This document shows positions 6,992-17,380 of a stretch of 64,000 nt of DNA, in pieces. How positions within the stretch are numbered: position 1 is the first letter of the stretch; each line of letters starts with the position of its first letter. The position numbers and the translations under genes were made by a program. This stretch comes from Flavobacterium sp. MedPE-SWcel (GTDB lineage Bacteria > Bacteroidota > Bacteroidia > Flavobacteriales > Flavobacteriaceae): positions 32,519 to 96,518 of the forward strand of contig MPCW01000011.1 of the NCBI GenBank assembly GCA_001874325.1. The letters are read 5' to 3'. The notes beneath the pieces were generated by a model that searched no databases, was not told the DNA's origin, and was given only the letters and a program-made list of their open reading frames with translations.

Positions 6992-8011
6992 TTATTTACT
7001 TAATCTATGTAGTGTATATACCATAGCTGTTAGTAAAAAGAAAGCCACTACTTGATGTGCTAACCCTAACCATAATGGTACACGTAATAATAAAGTAAAT
7101 ACTCCTAAAGTAAATTGTATAAATACAATGATAACTAAAGCATCTAATCCTGTTTTTTGTTGTTGTGTAAGGCTGAACTTTTTACTCTTAAAATATAAAA
7201 ATAGTATTAGTCCTACTACTACATAAGCCATTGTACGGTGTACTAGTTGCACACCACTTTTACCCTCAGTAAGGTTTAATAAAAGCGATTTCTTTTCAAT
7301 TAATACACTATCATGTATCAATTGCCCGTCACTCATTAATGGCCAATGGTTGTGTATAAAACCAGCTCCTAATCCAGCAACAAAACCTCCGTATATAATT
7401 TGTAGTACTAGTATAACAATTGCTATACGTGCTATTTTTTTAAGTGGAGTAATTGCTGCTTTTCGTTCAGGGTAAATAAGATCGAGTGCTACCCAAAGGG
7501 TATAAGCAAAGGTGATAAAGGCAAAGGTAAGGTGTAACGCAAGCCTATAATGACTAACATCAGGGTGATCTATAAGTCCACTTTTTACCATAAACCAGCC
7601 TAAAAAGCCTTGAAAACCACCCATAAATAGTAAAACAATACATTTATTAATAGTTGCTTTATCTAGTTTTTTGCGAATAACGAAGTAAATAAATGGTATA
7701 ATAAATACCATACCAATTATTCTACCGATGAAACGATGGAACCATTCCCAGAAATAAATAAATTTATAATCAGATAGTGTGAAATCGTTATGAATATTGA
7801 TTTTTTGATACTCAGGATATTTTTTATATTCTTCAAAAGCATCTTCCCACTTTTCTTCACTTAAAGGCGGGAAAGTATCGGTTACCAAGTGCCAGTCGGT
7901 CATAGATAATCCAGAGTTAGTAAGTCGTGTAATACCACCTACTACTACCATTATAAATACTAAAATACATCCTGTAAGTAGCCAAGTAATAACGGCTTTA
8001 TTTTGTTTCAT
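6992..8011 (-). CDS. ctaA: Heme A synthase (COX15/CtaA)
   Basis: GGITRLTNSGLSMTDW, WEWFHR, RLALHL, multiple TM helices. Confidence 0.93.
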   Translation of the reverse strand: MKQNKAVITWLLTGCILVFIMVVVGGITRLTNSGLSMTDWHLVTDTFPPLSEEKWEDAFEEYKKYPEYQKINIHNDFTLSDYKFIYFWEWFHRFIGRIIGMVFIIPFIYFVIRKKLDKATINKCIVLLFMGGFQGFLGWFMVKSGLIDHPDVSHYRLALHLTFAFITFAYTLWVALDLIYPERKAAITPLKKIARIAIVILVLQIIYGGFVAGLGAGFIHNHWPLMSDGQLIHDSVLIEKKSLLLNLTEGKSGVQLVHRTMAYVVVGLILFLYFKSKKFSLTQQQKTGLDALVIIVFIQFTLGVFTLLLRVPLWLGLAHQVVAFFLLTAMVYTLHRLSK

Positions 8012-8018
8012 ATCAGTA

Positions 8019-9464
8019 TTATTCTTGCTTTTTTAACCCCATTTTTTCAGCTCTTTTCATCATAAAATCATGAGCGGGCTGGTATTCGTTAGGGATTTCA
8101 CCTTCCAGTATGGCTTCTTTTATAGCCTCTTTTAGTGTTCCTATTTCTCTACACGGTCGTAGGTTAAAGGTTGTCATTATTTCTTCGCCAGTAATAGGAG
8201 GCTGAAAGTTACGGACATGGTCACGCTCTTCTACTTCAACTATTTTCTTGCGTACAATTTCAAAATTTTTATGATACTTCTTGAACTTGTTAGGGTTCTT
8301 GGTAGTAATATCAGCTTCGCATAAGGTCATTAAATCTTCTACATCTTCGCCAGCATCAAATATAAGCCTACGTACTGCTGAGTCAGTCACAATATCTTGT
8401 GCTAACACTATAGGGCGAGAACTTAGCATTACTATTTTAGAAACAAATTTCATTTTTTGGTTAAGTGGCATGTGTAGCCTTCCAAATAGTTTTTTAACCA
8501 TTTTTCCACCTACAAATTCATGTCCGTGAAATGTCCAACCTATTTTTTTATGAAACCTTTTGGTAGGGGCTTTACCTATATCGTGTAATAATGCAGCCCA
8601 TCGTAGCCATACATCATCAGTATTAGGTGCTATATTATCTACAACCTCTAGGGTGTGGTAAAAATTATCTTTGTGTTTTTGTCCTTCAACCTCTTCTACA
8701 CCTTGCAGTGCGGTAAGTTCAGGTAGTATTATATGTAATAATCTTGTTTTATGTAGTAAAAGAAACCCTATTGATGGCACAGCAGTCATCAGGATTTTGT
8801 TTAACTCGTCTACAATACGTTCGCCAGATATTATACTTATACGTTCATTGTTACGTGTTATTGCTTCAAGTGATTTTTCTTCGATAGTAAAGTCTAGTTG
8901 AGCGGCAAAACGTATGGCACGCATCATTCGTAACGGGTCGTCAGAGTATGTAATATCTGGACCTAGTGGTGTACGAATAATTTTGTTTTTTAAATCTTCT
9001 ACCCCGTTAAAAGGATCTATAAGTGTACCAAAATCATCTTCGTTTAAAGAAAAAGCCAGTGCGTTTATAGTAAAATCACGACGGTTTTGGTCATCTTCTA
9101 GTGTACCTGTTGTTACAAGAGGTTTTCTACTTTCCCATTGGTATGATTCTTTACGAGCACCAACAAATTCGATATCTATAAAATCGTTAGGTTCGTTTTC
9201 ATAGCGCAGCATTGCTGTACCATAGTTTTTAAAGACTTGTACTTTAGGTTTATTAGGTAGCAATTGTGCTACTTTTTGTGCTAGCTCGATACCGCTACCT
9301 ACGGCAACAATATCGATGTCTTTTTTGAAGTTTCGTTGTAATAGAAAATCTCTTACATAACCACCAATAACATAACTTTTTATGTTTAGTTGACTAGCGG
9401 CTTGTGAGATTATATTAAATATATTGTTATTTAATGCTTGTTTGTATGCGGTATTATCTTTCAT
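8019..9464 (-). CDS. cca: CCA tRNA nucleotidyltransferase with HD domain
   Basis: GGYVRD, DIDI, RRDFTINA, DDPLRMMRAIRF, LLHDIGK. Confidence 0.93.
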   Translation of the reverse strand: MKDNTAYKQALNNNIFNIISQAASQLNIKSYVIGGYVRDFLLQRNFKKDIDIVAVGSGIELAQKVAQLLPNKPKVQVFKNYGTAMLRYENEPNDFIDIEFVGARKESYQWESRKPLVTTGTLEDDQNRRDFTINALAFSLNEDDFGTLIDPFNGVEDLKNKIIRTPLGPDITYSDDPLRMMRAIRFAAQLDFTIEEKSLEAITRNNERISIISGERIVDELNKILMTAVPSIGFLLLHKTRLLHIILPELTALQGVEEVEGQKHKDNFYHTLEVVDNIAPNTDDVWLRWAALLHDIGKAPTKRFHKKIGWTFHGHEFVGGKMVKKLFGRLHMPLNQKMKFVSKIVMLSSRPIVLAQDIVTDSAVRRLIFDAGEDVEDLMTLCEADITTKNPNKFKKYHKNFEIVRKKIVEVEERDHVRNFQPPITGEEIMTTFNLRPCREIGTLKEAIKEAILEGEIPNEYQPAHDFMMKRAEKMGLKKQE

Positions 9465-10039
9465 TAAGGTCTTATCACTTTTACCTGTAAATCATTACCA
9501 ATCTTGATTATAGTAGATGGCTTTGCGGCAATTTTATTGTGGTGCAAATTTACGATATAGTCTACGCCGTCCAAAATATGATGGTCAATTTCTTTAAAAG
9601 AATTTGGTGTAGGCATTCCGCTAATATTTGCTGAGGTAGAAACGAGTGGTTTTTTCATTCGTTCCATCAGTTTATAACAAAAAGGTTCTGTTACAAGGCG
9701 TGCTCCTAAAGTATTGTCTTTAGCAATAAGGTTAGGTGCTACATTTTGTGGATTATCGAGTATTAATGTAGTAGGTTTATCGCTTACTTCTATAATTTCC
9801 CAAGCTACATCGGGAGAATCTTTAAATACTTTATACATCATACGATCGTCATTCATTAGCACAATCATACTCTTGCTTTCTTCTCGTTGCTTTAATTCGT
9901 ATATTTTTTTTACAGCTTCGGCATTTGTAGCATCACAACCTATACCCCAAACAGTATCGGTAGGGTAGAGTATAATTCCACCGTTTTTAATTACTTCAAA
10001 TGCATTATGTACTTCGGTGTTTATTTCTTGTGTGCTCAT
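9464..10039 (-). CDS. tsaC: L-threonylcarbamoyladenylate synthase (Sua5/YrdC)
   Basis: [25 protein letters not shown]. Confidence 0.92.
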   Translation of the reverse strand: MSTQEINTEVHNAFEVIKNGGIILYPTDTVWGIGCDATNAEAVKKIYELKQREESKSMIVLMNDDRMMYKVFKDSPDVAWEIIEVSDKPTTLILDNPQNVAPNLIAKDNTLGARLVTEPFCYKLMERMKKPLVSTSANISGMPTPNSFKEIDHHILDGVDYIVNLHHNKIAAKPSTIIKIGNDLQVKVIRP

Positions 10040-11142
10040 ATTTCAAAATTGTTTACTGCTTCAACAATTGTTTTTACTTCTTTATCAGTCAGTACGGGGC
10101 TTATAGGTAAACTCAGTACTTCGTTATGTATTTGTTCCGTTATTGGCAAAGTTAAGTTATTCCATTCTTTATAAGCTTCTTGCTTATGCGGAGGTATAGG
10201 GTAATGTATTAGTGTTTGTATCTCATTTTTGGTCAAATACTCCTGTAATTTTTCCCTGTGTATTGTACGAATTACATATACATGCCATACATGGCTTTTT
10301 TCATTTACTGGATGTTTGGGCAGTATAATAGTGGAGTTAGTAATATTATTACTGTAGTACTGAGCTATTTCTCTACGCCTTTGATTCTCATTATCAAGAT
10401 GAGTAAGCTTAACGTTTAGTACAGCAGCTTGTATTTCATCTATTCTAGAATTTAGCCCCTGATATTTATTAATATATTTTTCTTCAGATCCGTAATTAGC
10501 AATAGTTCTAATAGCACGAGCAAGGTTGTCGTTATTTGTAGTAACAGCCCCAGCATCGCCTAATGCTCCTAAGTTTTTACCAGGGTAAAAGCTAAAACCT
10601 GCTGCATCGCCAAGGTTACCTGTTTTTACGCAATTGTATTCGGCACCTATAGATTGAGCATTGTCTTCGACTATTTGTAAGTTGTATTTTGTAGCAAGTT
10701 GTTTTAATTCATCAGAGAATATTGTTTGACCATACAAATGCACTACCATTATGGCTTTTGTTTTGGCTGTAATTTTCTCTTCAATTTTATTAATATCGAT
10801 ATTGTAGTTATCAATGTCAGGCTCTACTAATACAGGCGCTAAGTCATTATCGGTAATAGCAAGTATAGAAGCTATATAAGTATTAGCAGGCACAATAACT
10901 TCATCACCTTTTTGCATAATACCTAGTTGAATATAGGCTTTAAATATAAGGCGTAATGCATCGAGCCCATTGGCAACTCCGATAGCATGTTTTGCTCCAG
11001 TATAATTAGCTAAGTTTTGTTCAAATTCCTTTACGGCTGTACCAAAAAGATACCAACCACTTCTAAAAACTTTCAGTAGTTGATTTTCTATCTCTTGCTG
11101 GTGTAAGAGGTTTACTTTTTGTAAGTCGAGAAATTTAATCAT
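10036..11142 (-). CDS. DegT/DnrJ/EryC1/StrS sugar aminotransferase (FdtB/QdtB-like)
   Basis: [42 protein letters not shown]. Confidence 0.92.
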   Translation of the reverse strand: MIKFLDLQKVNLLHQQEIENQLLKVFRSGWYLFGTAVKEFEQNLANYTGAKHAIGVANGLDALRLIFKAYIQLGIMQKGDEVIVPANTYIASILAITDNDLAPVLVEPDIDNYNIDINKIEEKITAKTKAIMVVHLYGQTIFSDELKQLATKYNLQIVEDNAQSIGAEYNCVKTGNLGDAAGFSFYPGKNLGALGDAGAVTTNNDNLARAIRTIANYGSEEKYINKYQGLNSRIDEIQAAVLNVKLTHLDNENQRRREIAQYYSNNITNSTIILPKHPVNEKSHVWHVYVIRTIHREKLQEYLTKNEIQTLIHYPIPPHKQEAYKEWNNLTLPITEQIHNEVLSLPISPVLTDKEVKTIVEAVNNFEI

Positions 11143-11155
11143 AATATGTTAAGTG

Positions 11156-12079
11156 TTATTCACTACTTATTTTTTGTTGCTGTTTAAGTGATGCTGTTAG
11201 TGAGCCACCTTTCAAGATAAGGAAAAAAAGACTCCAATTTTTGGGTTTTACAATACTGCTAAAAAAATATTTTATAATAAGGTAGAATAAAACGACACTA
11301 TAGCCTGCTAAGCCATAATGTTTACGCATGATATAAAGCAATGAAATTTTAAGTTCTTTTTTTATAGTAATAGATCGTTCTGTACTTGCACCATGATAAT
11401 GAAGAAACTCTGCATCAGGAATTAAATAAGCATATTTGTTATAGTGATTTAATCTTTTACAGAGATCGGTTTCTTCATAATACAAAAATATATTAGTGTC
11501 AAATCCTCCTACTTTATTAAAATCCTCTGCTTTTACAAACATAAAGCTACCTGGTATAAAGTTAACCTTTACAGGTTCGTTATATGTTCGTTTTCGCTTA
11601 GGGTATCTTTTAGTATTAATTTTTTCGAGGAAACTACGCCCGAATATTTCACGAGCAGGTGATGCATAATGATCTAGTGATACCATAAAGTTATCCTCTC
11701 TATTGTAGGCTTGCGCGCCTGCAATACCAATTTCTGGATTTTTTTCAATTGCAGATTTAAGTATAGATAAGCAATCGTTTTTCAATAAGGTGTCATTGTT
11801 TAAAAAAGCATAATATTTAGCATTAGAATGCTGTATTCCTATCATGTTTCCTCCTCCAAATCCAGTATTGATAGTGTTTCTAACGAGTGTGAGGTTTTTT
11901 AAATTTAGTGTGTCACATTCTTTTTTTAATATATTGTAATCTTCCTTTTGTGAACAATTATCAGTAATTATAATTTGGTAGTTTAAAGCTGTACTAGTAT
12001 GTTCTATAACCGATTTTATACAATTAATAGTGTATTTACTAGAGTTATAGTTAATTAGAATTACTGCTATATCATACAT
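11156..12079 (-). CDS. Glycosyltransferase family 2
   Basis: ILINYN, DNCS, NTGFGGGN, LNND, GGFD..FLYYEETD. Confidence 0.9.
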   Translation of the reverse strand: MYDIAVILINYNSSKYTINCIKSVIEHTSTALNYQIIITDNCSQKEDYNILKKECDTLNLKNLTLVRNTINTGFGGGNMIGIQHSNAKYYAFLNNDTLLKNDCLSILKSAIEKNPEIGIAGAQAYNREDNFMVSLDHYASPAREIFGRSFLEKINTKRYPKRKRTYNEPVKVNFIPGSFMFVKAEDFNKVGGFDTNIFLYYEETDLCKRLNHYNKYAYLIPDAEFLHYHGASTERSITIKKELKISLLYIMRKHYGLAGYSVVLFYLIIKYFFSSIVKPKNWSLFFLILKGGSLTASLKQQQKISSE

Positions 12080-12128
12080 AGATTTATTGCTTTAAATAAT
12101 TGTGTTTTTAAGGATAAGGTAAATAGAT

Positions 12129-12929
12129 TTATTGTAGATATTGATCTACACCTTTTTCTATATAAGTTAATTTTTTTAGTGTAGTTTCTTCCTCTATTTT
12201 TCTATTTACATCAATATGGCTTTTTGATTGCTCTTTATGATAAATATGATATGCTATTCCGCTATACTTTAACCTTTTACCTTTTATGTCAAGATTATGG
12301 AGACGCTGTATCATTTCAGAGTCATCGATACCCCAACCCACAAGGTTTTCATTAAAACCATTTATTGCTAAAAAATCTTTTCGCCAAAAAGACATATTAC
12401 AACCTCTAAGTTTTTTAGATCGTAGCTCTGTAGGCTTTGCAAATCCCATAAGGAAAGGTACACGCAATGTACGTCCTCTCTTTTTTATACCATTAGATAA
12501 AAAACTAAAATGAGTAAGTTGCTTTTTAAATAACTCGGGTAATTTTTCTTGTTTAATATTTACCCTAGAGCCAAAGAGATACATTCCTTCTTCAGCAAAT
12601 CGTAGATGATCTTCTACAAAATGTTTTTCCATTATAATATCTCCATCAATCTCAATAATATAATCACCTTTTGCTTGTGCTATAGCTTTGTTCATTATAG
12701 CAGGTTTCCTGTTTCCTTTATCTTCATGCCAAACATGTATTAAAGGTACAGTGAACTTTTCTTTATATCGATCTATTATTTTTTTAGTGTCTTCTTTAGA
12801 ACCGTCATCAGCAATAATAATTTCATTAGGTAGGCGAGTTTGTCTCAACAAGCTTAATAAAAGTAATTCTAGTGCTTCAGGCCAGTTATATGTAGGCGTT
12901 ACAAGAGTTGAGCTAGGAAATTTAGACAT
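12129..12929 (-). CDS. Glycosyltransferase family 2
   Basis: PTYN, ADDGS, IDGD, GCNMSF, NGFNE, GWG.DD. Confidence 0.9.
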   Translation of the reverse strand: MSKFPSSTLVTPTYNWPEALELLLLSLLRQTRLPNEIIIADDGSKEDTKKIIDRYKEKFTVPLIHVWHEDKGNRKPAIMNKAIAQAKGDYIIEIDGDIIMEKHFVEDHLRFAEEGMYLFGSRVNIKQEKLPELFKKQLTHFSFLSNGIKKRGRTLRVPFLMGFAKPTELRSKKLRGCNMSFWRKDFLAINGFNENLVGWGIDDSEMIQRLHNLDIKGKRLKYSGIAYHIYHKEQSKSHIDVNRKIEEETTLKKLTYIEKGVDQYLQ

Positions 12930-12965
12930 ATTTAGAATACTATTGTTATTTATGATGATAGAAGA

Positions 12966-13820
12966 TTAAGATTTTATCTTGTAGATGCCAAGAGTCTTTT
13001 TTAGCATTTTATTAAATAATACCCAGTTTACATAAAGTCCGTTTTTAAAGCTAACCCAAGCCCATTTGCTATGCGGTAATATATTTTGACTAATGTTATC
13101 AGCCATTGTAGGAGAGACTATAAAATCAGTATTAATATCATTCCATTTAATATTTCCATAACCATCAAACTCGTTTACTTTGTTCTTTTCATGTATAATA
13201 GACATCCATAGCCTTTTGTTAGTTACTTGTGTAATACGAGTTTCTTTTTTCCAATGATTGTGATCGTTAAACCATACTGTTTTAGGATCATCATTTTTTT
13301 CTATAAGGCTTATAAAAGGGTTAAAAATGTGTTCTTTTTTACCTAGCATAATGTCAGGCTTTATTTGTAAAGAATATCCTTTTATGACATCTATAGCTAT
13401 GTAATCTTGTTGTTTAAATTGATTTTGTACTTCGTTTATAAAACTGTTACGAATACAATCATCATTATCAATACGTGAAGTAATTAAATAAGGAACATTT
13501 TTTGTTTCTGCATTAATAAGCTTTTTTATCTCTGGATAAAAAGCGGGCATACCATCAATATAAAAAAGCTTTATATTATCATGTCCAGCTACAAGTGCTT
13601 CTATTTTCTGTCTATAAGCATTTGATGTGGTAGTATCAAAGTAAATAAGCCATGTGAAATCACGATTAGTTTGTGCTACTACCGATGGAAAGCAAAAGTT
13701 TTCGAATAGCCATAACCTATGCTCTAGCCATTCGTCCGTAAGTAGAGATTCGTTGTTTTTAGTAACATCCCACTTTGGGTTTTTTAGGTTAAAACGTGTA
13801 ATGAGGTAATGATTAAACAT
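12966..13820 (-). CDS. Putative rhamnosyltransferase-like glycosyltransferase
   Basis: HYLITRFN, FENFCFPSV..QT, ITSRIDNDD. Confidence 0.75.
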   Translation of the reverse strand: MFNHYLITRFNLKNPKWDVTKNNESLLTDEWLEHRLWLFENFCFPSVVAQTNRDFTWLIYFDTTTSNAYRQKIEALVAGHDNIKLFYIDGMPAFYPEIKKLINAETKNVPYLITSRIDNDDCIRNSFINEVQNQFKQQDYIAIDVIKGYSLQIKPDIMLGKKEHIFNPFISLIEKNDDPKTVWFNDHNHWKKETRITQVTNKRLWMSIIHEKNKVNEFDGYGNIKWNDINTDFIVSPTMADNISQNILPHSKWAWVSFKNGLYVNWVLFNKMLKKTLGIYKIKS

Positions 13821-13860
13821 GGTGTGTGTTATAGATTATTTGGTAAAAATAAAGTAATTA

Positions 13861-13892
13861 TTTGAAGTCTAAAATGCAAATGGTTACTTTTG
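13861..13892 (+). promoter_or_regulatory. sigma70 promoter of the LPS kinase gene
   Basis: TTTG (13861-13864), 20-nt spacer, TACTTTTG (13885-13892). Confidence 0.65.
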
Positions 13893-13899
13893 TTTAAAA

Positions 13900-14676
13900 T
13901 TGCAGTTGCAGATGAATAAAGTGATACACCCGAATTTCCAGAATCAATCGGAAGAAATTACAGCTATAATCGAAAATTTCACCACTCAGGGTACTTTATT
14001 TATAGATGGTAAGCGGAATAAAATTAAACTGTTTGAATTAAATAATTTTACTGTAAATGTAAAGTCGTTTAAGGTGCCTAATTTAATTAACAAGTTAGTT
14101 TATAGGTTTGTAAGGAAGTCAAAAGCAAGGAGGTCTTATGAGTTTGCTAATATGTTATTACAACAAGGTATTGGAACACCGCAACCAATTGCTTATTTCG
14201 AGAATAAAGGTATACTATCATTAAAAGATAGCTATTATATGAGTGAGCAACTAGAGGCTGATTTGACTTTTAGACAACTTATAGAAATACCAGATTACCC
14301 AGAACACGAAATTATACTGCGTCAATTTACTCAGTTTACACATAAACTACACGAAAAGGGTATTGCATTTCTAGATCATACACCGGGTAATACACTTGTT
14401 AGAAAAGTAGGAGAGAAGCAATATGAGTTTTATTTGGTAGATTTAAACCGTATGCAATTTCATACTCAGATGAATTTAGAGCAAAGAGTAATAAATATGG
14501 CGAAACTTACTCCTGAGGTGCACTTAGTAGAAGTAATGAGCGATGAGTATGCTAAGCTATATGGTTGTACTTATGAAGAGATTTTAAAACTTATGATAAA
14601 GCATACGCAATACTTTGCAAATAGGTTTCATAGAAAACGCGCTATTAAGACAAAATTGGGATTACGAAAAAAATAA
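13900..14676 (+). CDS. LPS/Kdo kinase (WaaP/KdkA/InaA family)
   Basis: SKARRSYE, GIGTPQPIAY, LHEKGI...DHTPGN, LVDLNR; start probably ATG 13912. Confidence 0.88.
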   Translation: MQLQMNKVIHPNFQNQSEEITAIIENFTTQGTLFIDGKRNKIKLFELNNFTVNVKSFKVPNLINKLVYRFVRKSKARRSYEFANMLLQQGIGTPQPIAYFENKGILSLKDSYYMSEQLEADLTFRQLIEIPDYPEHEIILRQFTQFTHKLHEKGIAFLDHTPGNTLVRKVGEKQYEFYLVDLNRMQFHTQMNLEQRVINMAKLTPEVHLVEVMSDEYAKLYGCTYEEILKLMIKHTQYFANRFHRKRAIKTKLGLRKK

Positions 14677-14730
14677 AAATATTACCTTTGTCAGCCGATT
14701 TTTCGGTAATTATATAAAACACAGTAACAC

Positions 14731-15564
14731 ATGAAAATATCAGTAATAGTAAGTACTTATAATGCAGAAAAATGGTTAGAAAAAGTACTTATAGGCTATA
14801 GCAATCAAACTTATAAAGATTTTGAAGTTATTGTTGCTGATGATGGGTCACGTTCTACTACAAAAGATTTAATAGATAGTTATACTGCAAATTATCCTGT
14901 ACCATTACGTCATTTATGGCATGAAGATAAAGGGTATCGTAGACAAGAAATATTGAATGTGGCAATTGTTGAAGCTGCTAATGAGTATATCATTATGACG
15001 GACGGTGATTGTATACCAAGAGCTGATTTTGTTGCTGTACATGCTAAACTTGCAGAGAAGGGAAAATTCTTATCAGGAGGCTATTGTAAGTTACCGATGA
15101 GTACTAGTGAGGTAATTACCAAAGAAGATATAGAAAAACAAAACTGTTTTGATGTTAGTTGGTTGAAAAAACAAGACAAATTAGGGTTTTCTCAAAAACT
15201 TAAATTGTCGTCAGGAACAGTATTGTCTTCTGTTTTAGATACTGTTACTACTACAAACCCTTCGTTTAATAATTGTAATTCATCTGGATTTAAAGATGAT
15301 ATGATTGCTATAAATGGTTATGATGAACGCATGAAGTATGGAGGTCCTGATCGTGAATTTGGTGAGCGTTTAGAAAATTATGGAGTAATGGGGAAACAAA
15401 TAAGACATAAAGCTATTTGTTTACATCTAGACCATAGCAGGGGCTATAAAACCCCTGAATCTTTAGCTGCTAATCTTGCTATACGTAAACAAGTTAAGGA
15501 AGAAAAAATTAAATGGACTCCTTATGGGATAGTAAAGGATCCTGATCTTCCAGCTGTTTCATAA
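14731..15564 (+). CDS. Glycosyltransferase family 2
   Basis: VIVSTYN, ADDGS, TDGDCIP, NGYDERM.YGG.DRE; preceded by TACCTTTG at 14683-14690. Confidence 0.9.
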   Translation: MKISVIVSTYNAEKWLEKVLIGYSNQTYKDFEVIVADDGSRSTTKDLIDSYTANYPVPLRHLWHEDKGYRRQEILNVAIVEAANEYIIMTDGDCIPRADFVAVHAKLAEKGKFLSGGYCKLPMSTSEVITKEDIEKQNCFDVSWLKKQDKLGFSQKLKLSSGTVLSSVLDTVTTTNPSFNNCNSSGFKDDMIAINGYDERMKYGGPDREFGERLENYGVMGKQIRHKAICLHLDHSRGYKTPESLAANLAIRKQVKEEKIKWTPYGIVKDPDLPAVS

Positions 15565-17371
15565 CACGAGATAAAAATAACTTTAAGTCATCTTCAAATA
15601 AATTAAGTGTCATCTTGTTATATAATTCGAGTGATTGATCTTTAAACTCTTTTGGGTGATTGTCTCCATATATTTCAGGGAAATAATCTTTTAGATGCAA
15701 TGCCATATGCAGGTCATCATCAGTAAGCATATTCCAAGAGCTTTTATTTATCCATGGAGAGAAAATTGTAAAAGTAGGTACTCCAAGAGCCTTAGCCATA
15801 TTTACTGCACCACCTTCATTACCAATTAGTGCATTACATTGTCCTAATATTGCTAGAAGTGCTCTTAAGTCTTTAAAGTAGAAATCAAAAAATATTCTAC
15901 TTTGTGTTTTAGGGCTACACAGGTTATATATTTCTTTTGCTGCTTCTGTTTGTGATGGTATGTAGTTAAACAGTAATTGAGCATTACAGTTTTCACAAAT
16001 TAAGTCTATTACTTTTGCCATTTCCTTTGCAGGAAGGCTTTTGATGTTATCACTACCAAGAACACTAATCATTATTACTGGGAGTTGCATGTTTAGCTTC
16101 TCCTTCATTTGTTTTATAGCGTTTTCTTCTTCATTCTCGGTAAGATATATTTTTGGATAAACTACAGAGTGAGTTTTTCCAGTAGCAGCTCCTGCAAGTT
16201 GCATACGATGATATAGTGCTGATCCAGATACGGTTTTATCTGGGGTAATAGTATTATTATAGAAAAAAGAAGTATACCATTTTTTATAACCTATTCTTTT
16301 TTTAGCACCAGAAAAAGAGGTTATAATACCACTTTCCCATTTTCCGTAAGCATCGATTACAGTATCGTATTTTGTTTTTCTTATTTTGTTTAAGAATTTA
16401 AAAAACGCAGGTTTGCTTTTTCTATAGCGATCTTCAAAAGGAATAATATTATCAATATTTGGGTTGTTTTCTACAACTGGTGTTGTAAAATTATAAACAA
16501 GATAATCTATTTGTGAAGATGGATATTCAGCTTTTAATGTATTACAGATACTACTACTTGCAAGTACATCTCCAATCATTTTTTGTTGTATGACCAATAT
16601 TTTTTTACAGGCAGCATTCATTTCTCTAAGGTATACGTAGCGCATGTATACATGATACCCTAATATACGTGCAATTTCATAGCCACGTTTTCCGTTAACA
16701 AATCCGAATTTCAAGATATAATATTTAAAAAATCGGAATGCTGGTCTTACAGTAAAGTGAAAGATGTTTGTAGTTACTCCTTCGTTATAAAACTCTTTAG
16801 CTTTTAGCTTCGAGTATTGTAACCTTTTTTGAAGAAAGTCTTCTTTATTAATAAAAGAATAATGTTCAATAGCATGCTTGAGCACCCTACTCCTTCCGTC
16901 TATGGTTAGTTTTTCGTGTACTAGCTTATCTGAGTAACGACATTTAGATCGTCTAAATATTCTAGCAGTCCTGTCTTCATTAAAGTTATTGTTAACTAAC
17001 GGTTTTCCTTCGTAATAAAACACACGTTTTACCCAGAGTGAAACTTCTTCAGGATTACTATTTACAGTGTTTACAATTTCTTGAGTACCTTTTGGTGTTA
17101 TTCTTTCATCCGCATCAAAAAAAGTAACCCAGTCATTAGTAGCTAAATTGAGTGTGTAATTACGCTGAGAAGAAAAATCATCAAATACACGTTGGTAAAA
17201 TTTAACGTGTGGATATTCCTGTTTGATGATGTTGGGTGTACTGTCAGTACTATAAGAGTCTACAACAACAATCTCGTCTGCAAACGACATGTTGTCAAGA
17301 TACTCCCTTATGTTGTGCTCTTCATTATATATAATGGCAAGCGCAGATATTTTTATATGGTTTCCGCTCAT
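15509..17371 (-). CDS. Fused GT2 + GT9 (heptosyltransferase-like) glycosyltransferase
   Basis: N-half: YNEE, VVDSYSTD, FDADER, VHE. C-half: KILVIQQKMIGDVL, IGNEGGAVNMAKALGVPT. Confidence 0.88.
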   Translation of the reverse strand: MSGNHIKISALAIIYNEEHNIREYLDNMSFADEIVVVDSYSTDSTPNIIKQEYPHVKFYQRVFDDFSSQRNYTLNLATNDWVTFFDADERITPKGTQEIVNTVNSNPEEVSLWVKRVFYYEGKPLVNNNFNEDRTARIFRRSKCRYSDKLVHEKLTIDGRSRVLKHAIEHYSFINKEDFLQKRLQYSKLKAKEFYNEGVTTNIFHFTVRPAFRFFKYYILKFGFVNGKRGYEIARILGYHVYMRYVYLREMNAACKKILVIQQKMIGDVLASSSICNTLKAEYPSSQIDYLVYNFTTPVVENNPNIDNIIPFEDRYRKSKPAFFKFLNKIRKTKYDTVIDAYGKWESGIITSFSGAKKRIGYKKWYTSFFYNNTITPDKTVSGSALYHRMQLAGAATGKTHSVVYPKIYLTENEEENAIKQMKEKLNMQLPVIMISVLGSDNIKSLPAKEMAKVIDLICENCNAQLLFNYIPSQTEAAKEIYNLCSPKTQSRIFFDFYFKDLRALLAILGQCNALIGNEGGAVNMAKALGVPTFTIFSPWINKSSWNMLTDDDLHMALHLKDYFPEIYGDNHPKEFKDQSLELYNKMTLNLFEDDLKLFLSRVMKQLEDQDPLLSHKESI

Positions 17372-17380
17372 TATCAGTTT

